Origin: Rotaria socialis | Taxonomy: Eukaryota | Length of the DNA: 64,000 nt | Direction of reading: 5' to 3' | NCBI GenBank assembly: GCA_905331295.1 | Contig: CAJNYD010000034.1 | Coordinates: 124,001 to 188,000, forward strand | Shown: positions 41,001 through 62,032 of the stretch, piece after piece | How positions within the stretch are numbered: the first letter of the stretch is position 1 | How the letters are laid out: every line of letters starts with the position of its first letter | Notes under the pieces: model-generated | Database searches by the model: none | What the model was told of the DNA's origin: nothing | Seen by the model: the letters and a program-made list of their open reading frames with translations, nothing else | Position numbers and translations under genes: made by a program

Positions 41001-44000
41001 TCTGACAGAAGCCGTTTTGAAAAAATATCTAACCCCGAGTTTTCATGAATGATTCACAGAGTTCTGAAACTATGCATTTCGACCAAGAGCAATCTCGAAA
41101 GGGCTGTATCTAAATAATGGTTCGCCCCAGTGGATTGAGATTTATGAAAGACATACGTCTCGATAAGTTCAGTTTTGAATGAAATTGTCAATTCAAATCG
41201 TTCAGACCTTAACTTTTTATAATTCATCAAATAATGAAAACTAGATGGTATTCAAGTTTCAATCGAATACGAAATGCGATGCGAAGCAGGAATTTGGATC
41301 CACGAAAAATCTTCAATTCAGAAAAATCTTGAATATTTTTTATGTCGACATGATGAAATTCATCACTGAGAAAACTCCATTCTTACTTAGCGATACATTC
41401 TTAAGAATTGGTTTCGATTGATCGATTAATTATCTCCATGATTCATTATCTAAGATCAGCTGTAAATGAATAGACTATAGTGGCTAACATATGTTAATGA
41501 CGTCACTTTAATTATCTCTTGATAAACTCCTTTCATTTTCGTCATTTTGGAACCACATTTCTGAGTGAACGGAACTTCAGATTAAAGATTCGAAAACAGA
41601 TGTAAACGGTTCGATCTTGATACTTCGATTTCACGTTTCAACGAGTTTTCTACGATTTTCGATTCTCGAGATCATCGCATGACAAAATGACGACTTGTGA
41701 TGCGTACGTCAAGTAAGTAAAAAATAATAAAAACTAGATGGTATTCAAGTTTTACTCGAATACAAAATGCGATGCGAAGCAGGAATCTCGATCCAGGAAA
41801 AATCTTCAATTCAGAGAAATCTTGAATACTTTTTTATGTCGACATAATGAAATNTTTTGGGTTTTTTTGTATTAAAAAAAAAAAAAAAAAACTCGCGACG
41901 GACTACAGAAATGCTTCTGCTTCGCATCGCATTAAAAATCTACTTGTCAAGTAATTTCGACAATTTATAACTCGGGACAAGGATAATATAGATAGTTATC
42001 TGAAGGTTTCCTACAGCTAGGATTACTGGAGATGAATATTCTGTAACATTTTTAGTTCAGTACGCATACTATTCTCCTTTCCTGTTCGCAGAGTGCCGTT
42101 AATGATGTTTTATTTTTTGTGAACATCGTGGTTTTCAGAGGATGCTTTCTGTGAAGAAATATGCGTAGTGTGAGGACTAAGTTTGAAAAGTTGAAATAAA
42201 AATGTAACATTTACAATTTTATCAGTAAAATTAGCCTGGATTACATGAAAAGGATCCGAAAAAGAGGACATCTCTGGAATGTATTCAACTGGAAACACGT
42301 ATTTGTGACTCATCAGCAGTTTTCAATTGTTAACTCCCTCGACTGAAGTAGACTCGGTCTGAGTCATCAACATTACAAGTACTTACTGCTATGAATTCAA
42401 AAACTCAAATGTGTTTTTTTCTAGGTCTCATCCCAGGTCGAGCAATCCAACAGTGGGAACCAACCGGAACCCATCCGATCCGACTCGCATCCAATAGGAT
42501 CTTATCGGATTTTGTCGGACACTACAGAACTATCATCGAAAGTTCAATGGGTTCCGACCAGTGTTTCTAACGTCAATTCCTCGACCCGAAATCCTATAAG
42601 ATTCTGTCGGATGGTAGGATGCTATCAAGTTCCTATCGGGCTCGGCGTGGAATTTCTCGACCTGGGATCAAATTAGATTGTTTGAGGTTAGAAATTCACC
42701 CAATAAAATGTTTTTTCCATAGAACTTCTGACTCGCTGCGCTTGACGATACTAGGGGTATAACCGTTTTCGGATCTACGTTCAGATAAAACAGTTCTTTT
42801 GATCGGAACTAAAACTGAAATATCATACCCCTAGTCGATACTATGACTTGTAAAAAATAGAATAAATAGAAGTATGAAAATGAGGGCACATGGACTTTTG
42901 AAAAGAGATGATAGTAATCTATTACCAAACTAGATTTCAACTTGTAACCGACTAGTCGTGAGTGGCACCCCGTAGGCGTGCCGACGAATGACTAGTCACT
43001 AATCTGAAAATTTTAATGAAATTATTTATCAGGCTATGGAGATTTATAAGAGAATATGCACTGTCTGAATCTAACTGGCAGAAACAGTGGTCGACAATGG
43101 CGAAAACGTTCAAATTTGTTTCAAATCAACCCTGATAACAACTTTTCTGTCAGCATAAAACAGCAGAAGCATATATTTTACAGAAAATCTCACTTATTGA
43201 ATTTAGGCTCTCTTGGTCATAGCTAGATTTGAATAAAATAAAATGAGTGTTTGTGTATGTGTTTTGATGGAGGAACAACTAGCGTATCCATATGGATTCA
43301 TGATTGCTCAGATTAACTGACGAATCTAATCGCTAATTCTAGTGCTAGCTTCGTCTAAATACAGTATTCTGACTACAGCTCTCATATGCTTCGTCTTTTT
43401 TATGCTGATATTAAACTAGTAAAACGCGCAAAATGTTGAGTTCTTGTTTAATATCAATTTTTTTTCAAGCTAGAAGTTCAACAAAAGCGGCATTTTTCCT
43501 TAGCAAAACCTTGTAACATCATTTTAATGTCGGCCGCATCGGACAACTAAAGGCTACCACCTTCCAATCACGGAATAGATTCTTATACCTTTTCCTCCTA
43601 ATATGTCCGATTAGTTCAAAACTCGTGCAGAATGGATTACCAACACGTTGTCTCATATGGACTATTTCTCAGCTGCGAAACAATAGTGCTTTGGAACCCA
43701 GGCTCTGAGTTTCAGAAGCCCCATGTTATTTCATATCAATTAGAAACACAATCGAATAATATTTTTCCGATCATTAATGTCCTTTGTGAATTACATAACC
43801 ATTTTTTATTCTCCTTTCAGTAGACGGCTAAGCGGCGTTTGCGTCGCACTACTTGTAATATGATGCCCAGAAGCGGAGACATTCCGATGTCACGAGGTAA
43901 GGATGTTGAGTGATGCCTTTCACTTCAGTTATACTCGTCACAATCTATTCCCTGCTATGTTGTTCGGGAAAAATACAGCATCAAAAACCAAAAATTGAAA

Positions 44001-46335
44001 TTATGATTTTTGTTTTATTTCGGTAACTTCCATTTTATTCACCATAACGTATTTTGAATCTCCTGGTTGTTTTTTTTTCTTGGTGAGTTATTCTATTCTT
44101 CTTATTCACATCATGAAATTTAGATAATAATACCATAGTTTGCAGTAATAATTCTGCTAATTGTCTCTTGTTTTTTTTGCACCTTTATTACTTCGAGCAT
44201 GCATGAATTGCATGTTTTCCCCAATGTTTTTTTCTATTTATTATTTTCTATTGGTTCGATTTTCAAGCATTAATACAAAAAATGAGATACGTTAACATGA
44301 TCAGTTTTTTTTATTGAAAGCACTTGTTTATTCAGATCGAATTTAACCAAAAGAAAACGAATCCAACATTTATTTATATTAAATCTAAACAAGTCTCTTG
44401 AAAAGTTTTTTTCTCTCCATTGTTCCAGCCGCAGAACTAGGAGTACCACTCCTTCCACATATGCCATGTCTTCATACAATATTATTTTTATTTTTATTTA
44501 GCATATGGAAGAACGTGCATTCGTCTTCGGTATGGATATTATCCGTGAAACAAGTTACTATGCAACACAGTTAGAACTGAATACATTAGAAAATCAAGCA
44601 GAGCGACAACTTTCATTTGCTAATACTTGGCTAAAATTTGTTCGTAAGAAAAAATCTACAACAATTATATCGAAATATCCTACAACTTTACCTATGTGGT
44701 TATTACCTGGTATACATTTTCTTCGATATGTATGTTCATTACATTTTACAAACTATATTAATGATGAGTTGTTTAATACATTTTATGAGAATATGCAACA
44801 AACTATTAAATATTTACACAATCCAAATGTTAATAATGAATATAAACCAATTACTCCTAATACTCGCCCTAGAAAGTTATCTAGATCATTACAAACGTCA
44901 TCATCGAGAAAGAATATTTATAATAAACTGCAAAAGAAGAAATTTAAATTAACAAAAATTGAAGAACTTGAACATATGGATAGAAAAATTGATCGACAAC
45001 GTTTTAAAGATGGTCTCATTGGTAAAATAAAGCCATCTAATGAAGTTTCAAATAAGATTCCATCAATATCGAAAAGAATGGAACAAGATTTAGCATGTTT
45101 AAAAATACGAAATTTTCATAAATTAAATCTTCTTTCACGTGGACAGTTTGCAACAAGTAAGTGAATATCAATATAAAAGATCTAGTATAATGGTCATAAT
45201 GATTAAAATCTCAAAATAGTTTGAGCCTGTAAAGACTTGATTTTTGTTAATGGTCTATGCAGATACATAGCATATTTTTTGACCACGCAATAATACTTAT
45301 CATCTATTCATAGTAACTAATTGAAATATAGAATCGAATATTACTCTTGAAGATTAATTCTGATATCAAAATTCATTTGAATTGAATCGTTTTGTAACTA
45401 ACATTAAAAAAAGAATAATAATTCTTTTCGTTTTCTTTTTAGCTTATAAATGTACTGTGGAACCAAATGAAATTCTTTGTTATAAACAATACAAAATTCA
45501 ACATAATGATGCGGCTGCGATCACTAAAGTTCTGGAACAATTGGTACCACTTATGCATATAGGACATGAAAATTTAATAAAATATCGTGGCATAGCACTC
45601 GAACATGACCATATATTATTTTTCATGGAGTATTGTAGTCATGGTACCATAGCTCAAATTCTGCTCGGTACACCTTCATTATTATCATCACATGTAGATA
45701 TACGTCGGCAATCAAACTCACTAGTATGTTCATTGAATGATACAGCATCTGTCGATAAAGGCATAATACAAACCACAGCTGGTTTTGCATTTTTTGAAGA
45801 ATTTCTTGTGCAACATTATTTAAAACAATTATTATCGGCTTTATCATGTTTACATGAAAAAGAAATTATACATCGTGATATACGCAATGTTAATATATTT
45901 TTTAAAGACGCAACAAAACAATCAATTAAATTGGGTGATGTAAATTTTGTTTATGATTTTAAATTCATGAAAAAACAGTCATCACTACTTGACATGGAAG
46001 CTATCGCTAATATACGTGAATCCATTGTTTTCTATGCACCGGAAACAATAACACAAAATGAAACAACAACTAAATCTGATATATGGTCATTGGGTTGCAC
46101 ACTTGTGCATATGTTAACAGGTCGTATACCATGGAGTAATCCATCGATAGCATCAAGTGCTTACTATTGGAAAGTTATTAATTGGGTTGCAAATGGTGTA
46201 CAGCCAACTATTCCAACAGATTTAAGTCTATCGAATGAATGTATTAATTTTCTTGAGCAATGCTTCCGAAATGATCCTAGTCTACGACCATCATCACAGG
46301 AACTTCTTCAACATCCATTCGTCAAAGAAAACTAG
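32014..46335 (+). CDS. MAP3K4: MAP3K4/MEKK4-like protein, ~1698 aa, 9 exons, C-terminal kinase domain with degenerate motifs
   Basis: Exons 32014-32648, 32933-33718, 34542-34828, 34894-35406, 35969-36064, 36124-36624, 39175-39905, 44502-45156, 45443-46335 sum to 5097 nt (in frame). The N-terminal region has MEKK4-like motifs (LWYELKRFFNG, LFPSFAAL, FHLPSLYPQYVFLVQIPLDIM). The kinase has FMEYCSHGT, HRDI, APE and DIWSLGC. Confidence 0.8.
38684..38960. mobile_element. MITE, hAT-like, with internal GGAAATTTCC-type palindromic repeats
   Basis: Left end TGTTCAGATTTCCGAAAAAGGAAATT matches the reverse complement of the right end AATTTCCTTTTTTGGAAGCTGAACACTG. Multiple (c)ggaaatttc(c) units inside. 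The left terminus is degraded and no clear TSD is seen. Confidence 0.6.
41235..41937 (-). mobile_element. Helentron/HINE-like element with a duplicated 3' end (spans an N gap at 41854)
   Basis: 17-bp subterminal inverted repeat: CTGCTTCGCATCGCATT (41917-41933) versus AATGCGATGCGAAGCAG (41766-41782 and 41273-41289). On the minus strand each of the latter is followed by a GTATTC..GAATAC hairpin and CTAGTTTT. A ~125-bp direct repeat lies at 41230-41359 and 41723-41853. Confidence 0.65.
42432..42666. mobile_element. MITE with CCCAGGTCGAG terminal inverted repeats and putative 2-bp AT TSD (CMC/EnSpm-like)
   Basis: at|CCCAGGTCGAGcaatcc ... ggaatttCTCGACCTGGG|at; interior rich in ATCCGA/TCGGAT-like motifs. 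Confidence 0.75.
42752..42833. mobile_element. 82-bp hAT-like mini-MITE
   Basis: TIR TAGGGGTAT...ATACCCCTA flanked by 8-bp near-identical TSD GACGATAC (42744-42751) / GTCGATAC (42834-42841). Confidence 0.7.
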
Positions 46336-46385
46336 AATGCATTTTATTTATTTATTTTTTGATTTGTATATAGATAGAACTTCTC

Positions 46386-46417
<32 letters not shown>

Positions 46418-46949
46418 GTTCTTTAGAATTCCCAGCAACAGAAAAAAAAAATTATCTTTTATACGCAATATTCTCAAGTTTCTATTCAAGTTTACTGCTA
46501 TAATTTTATTTTTTAGCGTTGAATATGTTTAAAAGAAAATATGATTACAATTATTATGAAAATCAGAATTCTTCAATCAAATAACCATAGAAAACTTGAA
46601 CGTAAAAATGAAAGAAATACAAATAACGCATTGCTTGACTTGAATGACGGATTTTGCATTTAAAGAGAAAGCTACTTTTATTGTAATCTGAGATTTGAAT
46701 TTATGTTGCAGCTATAAAAGAAAGAATTCTTGGTCAGCCTAGAAAAATGTTTAAAACAACTGGTATTCATGGTTCTTTGTTACAAAATAATAATTGTTCT
46801 ACCACAATTTTGACCTTTCATTTTTCTGATAGATAAATCTAGTAAACCTTGAACTATTCTATAACCTACAGAAGATAAATATCTTGCTTAGCCATAATAT
46901 TAAATTTTGAATTCCCAATACAATTTTTATGATAACTCTGTGTCCAGCG

Positions 46950-47239
46950 TAGAGTCCGTCGGGTACACAAATTTTGGACCCGGAAACCGACCCGAACTCG
47001 ATGGATTTTAATTTTCTGCACCCGGATCCGGACCCGGTCGTATCGTGCATAGAATACTGAATGAAATATCTTAATCATAATTTAATACTCCAAAATAGTG
47101 ACAGTGATTATTCTTTGAATGATATTGATAGCTTCATTGATAAGAGTACAGAATCAGATGAAGCATTATTTGAATAATAGATTTATGGTGTTAGTCAGAT
47201 TTAGATATTTCAATCTGGAAGAGTTTTTTGTTGTTTTTC

Positions 47240-47283
<44 letters not shown>

Positions 47284-47450
47284 TAAAGATTACTTTTTGA
47301 ATAAAATGCACAATAAATTTAAGTTCAAAAATATTTATATATATATATATAAAATATTCCTTTGAACCCGAACCCGTATCTAGATCCGGAACCGTACCCG
47401 GTAAAATTCAAGTTTTCGGCCCCGGGTTCGGGTACATTTGCAGGGCTCTA
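46950..47450. mobile_element. hAT-like MITE (501 bp) with ACCCG subterminal repeats and internal (TA)n
   Basis: Termini TAGAGTCCG ... CAGGGCTCTA. 8-bp TSD GTCCAGCG (46942-46949) / GTCCAACG (47451-47458). Clusters of ACCCGG/ACCCGA at both ends. Confidence 0.8.
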
Positions 47451-48888
47451 GTCCAACGACTGTTTCTTGGAAATTCATTATCTCAATAAATGAGCATTCT
47501 CTATTGCTAACAGTTGTAAGATGTTGCCAAGGTCATTGAATGTATCTATCGGCTAAATTACAAGGATAAACTGTATTTATTTCTATAGTTTTTCAATAAA
47601 CTACTTTAATTATGGATCGAAAAGTCTATGAAACAGGCATATGTTGATGAGAATGAAACGAATCCTCCTAGTATTTTACAGTTTTATCGAGGACACCATA
47701 TGCATGCAAGATCATTTCAAATGACTAATTACAATTAGTCTAGCTTTCTCATTATCATGAAGCATTTGAATTAAAACTTAGGAACATGCATCATTCCAAT
47801 AACGTGATATCGAACTAGATAGATTAAAATTTCAGCTAAAAATAGTCAATGTAGTGCTTCCACAAAAATCTTTTATGCTCCTTCGTGTAAAAAAGAAATG
47901 GGAGTCAAGATTATTCTATACAAAAGCTAACACCTGCTCGGTTTAATCTCTTGATGACATTTTGCAAGTTCTTCTCGCTTCCTTTTTGCTTCTTACGAGT
48001 ATTTTATTAAGCATGATGATGCAACAAGCACGAACAATATGAGTCTGTGGCGTTGAATATCACTTCCCTCAATGGAAAAATCAACTTCAGAAAAATATCT
48101 AGTTCGACAGAAATGTGATCTCATTAGAATTTTGAAACCGAAGAAAATGCTTTAGAGATAGATTTCAATTTTCCTGACATCTGTTTAAATTTGAATACAA
48201 TTTATCTAGGCATCAAATTTACGTGAAAACTGCGACTATCAAATCCGATAATCAGTCCCCCATTATTAATTCATCTTTCAATTTAATTCATTAAATTTTG
48301 ATGATTCTTTTAAAAAAATTGTGTTGTTTTCCAAAAGAACCATGTGGAACTTAAATATCTCACTTACTATAGTCGCATCACAAAAAATTTTATTCTTCCG
48401 CTATTTGATTTTTCTCCCAGGACATTTCTTCGTGTTTTAACAAACTCATTTTCGACACAATTTGTCGCTACAGAATACTAAATACAGAAGCTATAACTAA
48501 TTGATCTGTCCAAAAGTACAGAAAAAAATACTATAAAAAAGCCTACATTTTTTTTGTTCTAGCTATTTAAGCTCAGTCCTCTTACTCATTACGAACAGCA
48601 TGATAATTCTTTTTTTTTCCGTTATATAGAGTATAAAAGAAAAAATAATATTCATAGTAGAAAAGATAAAGTATTTTATGATTGTTACGATGTTGAAAAT
48701 CAAATTACAAGCTTCTACTCATGATGATGATGCTATTAACTAAAAAATAGTAAATCGTGTAATGAATTTTATTTTAAAAACATTTATATACATTGTGTAA
48801 AAAGTAAAAAATATGTCCTATCATCCATGATATGTTATACTTTTCAAAAGCACAAAAGTAAATCGATTATCAATTTATAGAAAATTCT

Positions 48889-57210
<8,322 letters not shown>

Positions 57211-57472
57211 TAAATAGTTAATCTATATTTTGCGTATTATCGCCTCGAAATGGAAATCATAGAACATGAATACTGATCAATCGTTGCTTAGCACTCGACA
57301 TGTTTGTAAATGATAGATGTCACACTACGTATTCCTTTATATTTACGCATATAGTATATATAGAAACAAATTCATCCATCTCGGTCAAATTTGGATTCCA
57401 TAGGAACTGATATTGTATCACTAGTATTCTTTCTTTTAGATCTACAAACAAACAAACAAAACATCAACGAAA
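57211..57472. promoter_or_regulatory. Putative bidirectional promoter region between KATNAL2 and CCT2
   Basis: The divergent start codons are only 262 bp apart. No specific motif was confirmed. Confidence 0.5.
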
Positions 57473-59949
57473 ATGCGTGGGGATTTAAATGTAAGAAAGT
57501 TTAATTGATCTGATTTATTAATTATTTTAATTTCTTTTCTTTTTTTTTAAATATTAGACAGCACTCAATCCAATTCCACTTTATAAACAAGGTGTTGAAG
57601 AAGAAAAATCTGAACTTGCTCGATTAGTAAGTTTCCCTTAGAAACAAAAGCCAAAAGAAAATATTTCTAATTATTAATTTTAGTCTTCATTCGCTGGAGC
57701 AATGGCTGTTGGTGATTTAATAAAAACTACACTTGGTCCAAAGGGAATGGTATGAATTTTTTGTTTGTTTGTTTGTTTGTTTGTTTGTTTTTTCTAAAAA
57801 ATAATTATTTTAGGATAAAATCCTTCAATGTGGTATGCATGGTGGACCTGATGCTGGTAGATTATTAGTTACCAACGATGGAGCAACAATATTATCAAAA
57901 ATTGGTATTGATAATCCTGTAGCTAAAGTTCTTGTTGGTATGGTTTCTTTAACTTGACTTTTTCTAGAACGAAAATTTTGTTTTTTTGAATAAATAGATA
58001 TTTCAAAAGTACAAGATGATGAAGTTGGTGATGGTACAACATCTGTTGTTGTTTTAGCAAGTGAACTTCTTCGCGTATGTTTATTTATAATTATTTTCAT
58101 TGACAATTCTTCTTTTTTTGTTTCAAAAATTATTTTAGGAAACAGAGAATTTAATTGGACAAAAAATTCATCCTCAAACAATTATTGCCGGATGGCGTAA
58201 AGCAACCACTGAAGCTCTTCGAGTTTTGGAAGGCATTGCTAAAAATAATAGGTACAGAAAGAGAAAATCAAGCAAATGAAATTTGTTTCTATTTCATTTT
58301 GTTTTAATTAGTTCAAATTTGGAGCAATTCAAAAAAGACCTTATGAATATTGCTCGTACTACATTGAGTTCAAAAATTCTTCAAGGAAAAAAAGAGCATT
58401 TCGCTAAATTATGTGTTGATGCTGTATTAAAATTACATGTAAGTTTCATTAGTTCTAAACGAAGAACAAAATAAATAACAGTAAAACTTTTGATTTCGTA
58501 GGGTAAAACCGATTTACAAGGTATTCAAATAATCAAACGTTTAGGAAATAATATGAGCGATTCATATCTTGAAGAAGGTAATTTCATAAATTCAAATAAA
58601 TAAAAAGCAATATTTTTCATGTCAAGGTTTTCTTTTGGAAAAACGTATTGGTATTAATATGCCTAAACGTATACAAAATGCGCGTATACTCATTGCTAAT
58701 ACACCAATGGATACAGATAAAATCAAAGTTTTCGGTTCACGTGTACGTGTTGATTCAGTTGCTAAAGTAGCTGAATTAGAATTAGCTGAGAAAGAAAAAA
58801 TGAAAGACAAGGTTGATAAAATACTTCAACATGGTTGTAACGTTTTTATTAATCGGTAAGAGACGACGTAGGAATAATTTCATAAATATATAATTTTGTT
58901 GTTGTATTCGTAGACAATTAATTTATGATTATCCAGAACAATTATTTGCTGATAAAGGTGTTATGGCTATTGAACACGCAGATTTCGAAGGTGTTGAACG
59001 TTTAGCACAAGTACTTGGTAAATGAGGACAAAAATAAATCACATGTTCATATAACTTCTCTTTTAACCTAAAAAATTTATTTATTTAGGTGGAGAAATCG
59101 TTTCAACATTTGATACACCAGATAAAGTACGTTTAGGAAAATGCGATCTCATCGAAGAAGTAATGATTGGCGAAGACAAACTCATTAAATTCTCAGGTTC
59201 AAAGTTTTTTGTTTAATAAGAAAAACATTTTTAACTTTCTCCTTCATATATATATATATATAGGTGTAGCACAAGGCCAAGCTTGCACCATCATTTTACG
59301 TGGAGCTACACAACAAATTCTTGATGAAGCCGAGCGATCAATTCATGATGCTCTTTGCGTTCTATCACAAACAGTTAAGGAACCACGTATTTGTTACGGA
59401 GGAGGTTTGTTTTGTTTTGCTGTCTTTATTTTTCTTTTTAAACGAGTTCATTGTATAAATAGGTGCTTCTGAAATGTTAATGGCAACGGCTGTTTCGCAA
59501 TTAGCTGAAAAAACACCTGGTAAAGAATCAGTTGCTATTGAAGCATTTGCCCATGCACTTCGTCAAGTAATTGAACGAAAGTTCATTAAAAATCAATCAT
59601 AAATCTTTATTCTTTAGTTACCAACAATCATTGCTGACAATGCTGGTTATGACAGCGCAGAATTAATATCAAATCTTCGTGCTGCTCATACTGCAGGAAA
59701 ATCAACATTTGGTCTTGGTATGGTCTCATTGTTTTATTTTTGTTTTATTTTAATTCGATGTTTTTTTTCTGTTTAGATATGGAAAACGGTACAATCGCTG
59801 ATATAGCTGAGCTCGGTATTCTTGAATCATATCATCTTAAACGTCAAGTTGTAATCAGCGCATCTGAAGCAGCTGAAATGGTATTACGTATTGATAATAT
59901 TATCAAAGCACCACCACGACCTCGCCAACGTGATATGCGAAATCATTAA
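57473..59949 (+). CDS. CCT2: T-complex protein 1 subunit beta (chaperonin CCT2), many short exons
   Basis: Contains [82 protein letters not shown] and [12 protein letters not shown]. Confidence 0.96.
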
Positions 59950-61742
59950 ATGATTTCAAATATTGAAGAAAACATTTTTTAGAGCAATTCGAACATTATT
60001 GTTTGCTATGATTTTTTTAATATCACTTCGTAGATTCATTTTTCTTTTAATATCGACATGTATTGCAGTGCGAGAGAGAATGTTTGAAAATCAAAAGAAA
60101 AACGTACAAACCCTCTGTTGTGCGAGTGTGATTGTTACTTTGTTTGTTTTTTGGTTGATGTTTTCTTTGTTATTAAAAGCAAAAAAAGATTAAAATAATC
60201 GCACTGTTCTCAAGATATATAATCTTCATATACTGGTCTGTAAAAGGTTTATCAATTAAGTGACTTTGCCAATGTCTGGAATAGATAGACTGCAGTTAAT
60301 TAGAAGAATTTCAAAAGAAAAAAAAAATCCTACGAAACAATACGTTGAATGATGGTGTGAGAGTTAAAGCATGGAATAATTCCTGTGAGATTTTCAAATC
60401 GGTAACCTATATCATTATTGTACAAAAGAACATTCCAATTGGAAACGAATACTGCTAATAGCAGGACGTAGTACAAGATCATAAGTTAGCAAAATAAGTT
60501 ATTCTTATTAGTTTCTCTTATATATAAAAAAAAACCAACATCTGATACTGAAATATAGATATCTGATAAAAGAATTGATATAAGTGTTTTAACGTTAATA
60601 TCATATCATATTATTATTTATAAGTTATTTTTTTCTTTTAATGCTAAATGAATTTGTTTTTTGAAATTTCTACTTTAAATGTAATAATTTGGTATAAATA
60701 CAATAGTACATGAGATTTTAATGCAAAATGCTTTATTTTTTAACGTATTTTATGGAAATTTTCGATCTTATACGATCATTTTCAATCAAAATAACAGGAA
60801 CTTTACAACAAAGATATTACAAAAGCCTGACGACAAAAAATAAAATAAAATAAAATGATGGAGATATCTGACGGGATGTTGCGTTATTCCGGTATGTTTT
60901 TAATAGAATGTGCAAGACTGCTTCTCAGGAGCATTACAAAAAAAAACTGATGTTTTGAGTTTCAAATTGAGCTATTACTGGCGAATGAGTTTTGCTCAAA
61001 ACATTTTATTATGCAAATTTTAGAGATTTTCATTTCATCTATCTCAAGATATTTTAATACGATGTAAACGCGTCATCTAAATCGGTTATGAATATTGGCA
61101 AAGTTGAATTTTACATTATAAAATAGAAAAAAAGCGAAAGAGCGGAGAATTTTCTTCGCTTCTTTCTCCGTTGTTTTTGAAAAGCAGCACCGAAACTTTA
61201 ATTGAAACGATATCCTAAAAATGTATATTGACGACAAAAAACAAGCGAACCGTTTGAAAACATTTTAAGAAATTCAGAAGTCATTAGAGCTTGTATGATG
61301 CATATTATCTCAACTCATAAGTACATTAATGAACTTCGGGATTTCTTTTGTTAATTTTATAGTTTACTTTGTAATATTGATAATCGTTTAGTTCAAAGAG
61401 AAATTCTCTTTTCGTCATTTGGGAAGAAAAATTTTTTATATGCTTAAGAAAGAATTCATCTAAATCTATTTATTCTTTTAATATCTTACAGTAGTTATAC
61501 TACATAAAAACACACGTAAATCTCGAAGAAATAGTTTTTATTAATCAGCGTGATATAGGATAATGAGAATTATTACATAAATTTATTTTTATATCGATTA
61601 GATATATGTTTGTTATTATTAAATCGATTGACAATAGTCCAATCATTCTTAATGAAAGATTAACTCGTAGTCAAACAAAATCCGATATAACGCTACGTAG
61701 GTGAAGTTCGTTTTGTCTTTTATGCTTGGCCATAAATGTTAC

Positions 61743-62032
61743 CTCAGGTCAATGATTGCGGAGGACGGATACTGTAGGAACCGGCCGGAAAGATGCGGAA
61801 AAATCACCGTATCTGGCCGGAAAGTACCAGAAAGCGCTGGAAAGTGGAAGAAGTATTCCGATCGGGAGTTACCGGATTTTTTTTCCGGTGTATACCGGTC
61901 AAGTTCCAGTCGGAAATCACAGGAAACTTACCGGAATCCGCAGGAAAATAGTCCTGCAACTCTCAACCGGAATAGTGCTTCCGCTTTCTAGCGCTTTCCG
62001 GCCGTTTCCCGTCATAAACCCCACGACCTGGG
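61743..62032. mobile_element. MITE related by TIR to the CCCAGGTCG element at 42432, CCGG-rich interior
   Basis: Left CTCAGGTCA, right CGACCTGGG. It forms a GC-rich island with repeated ACCGGA/TTCCGG motifs in an AT-rich background. Confidence 0.65.
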
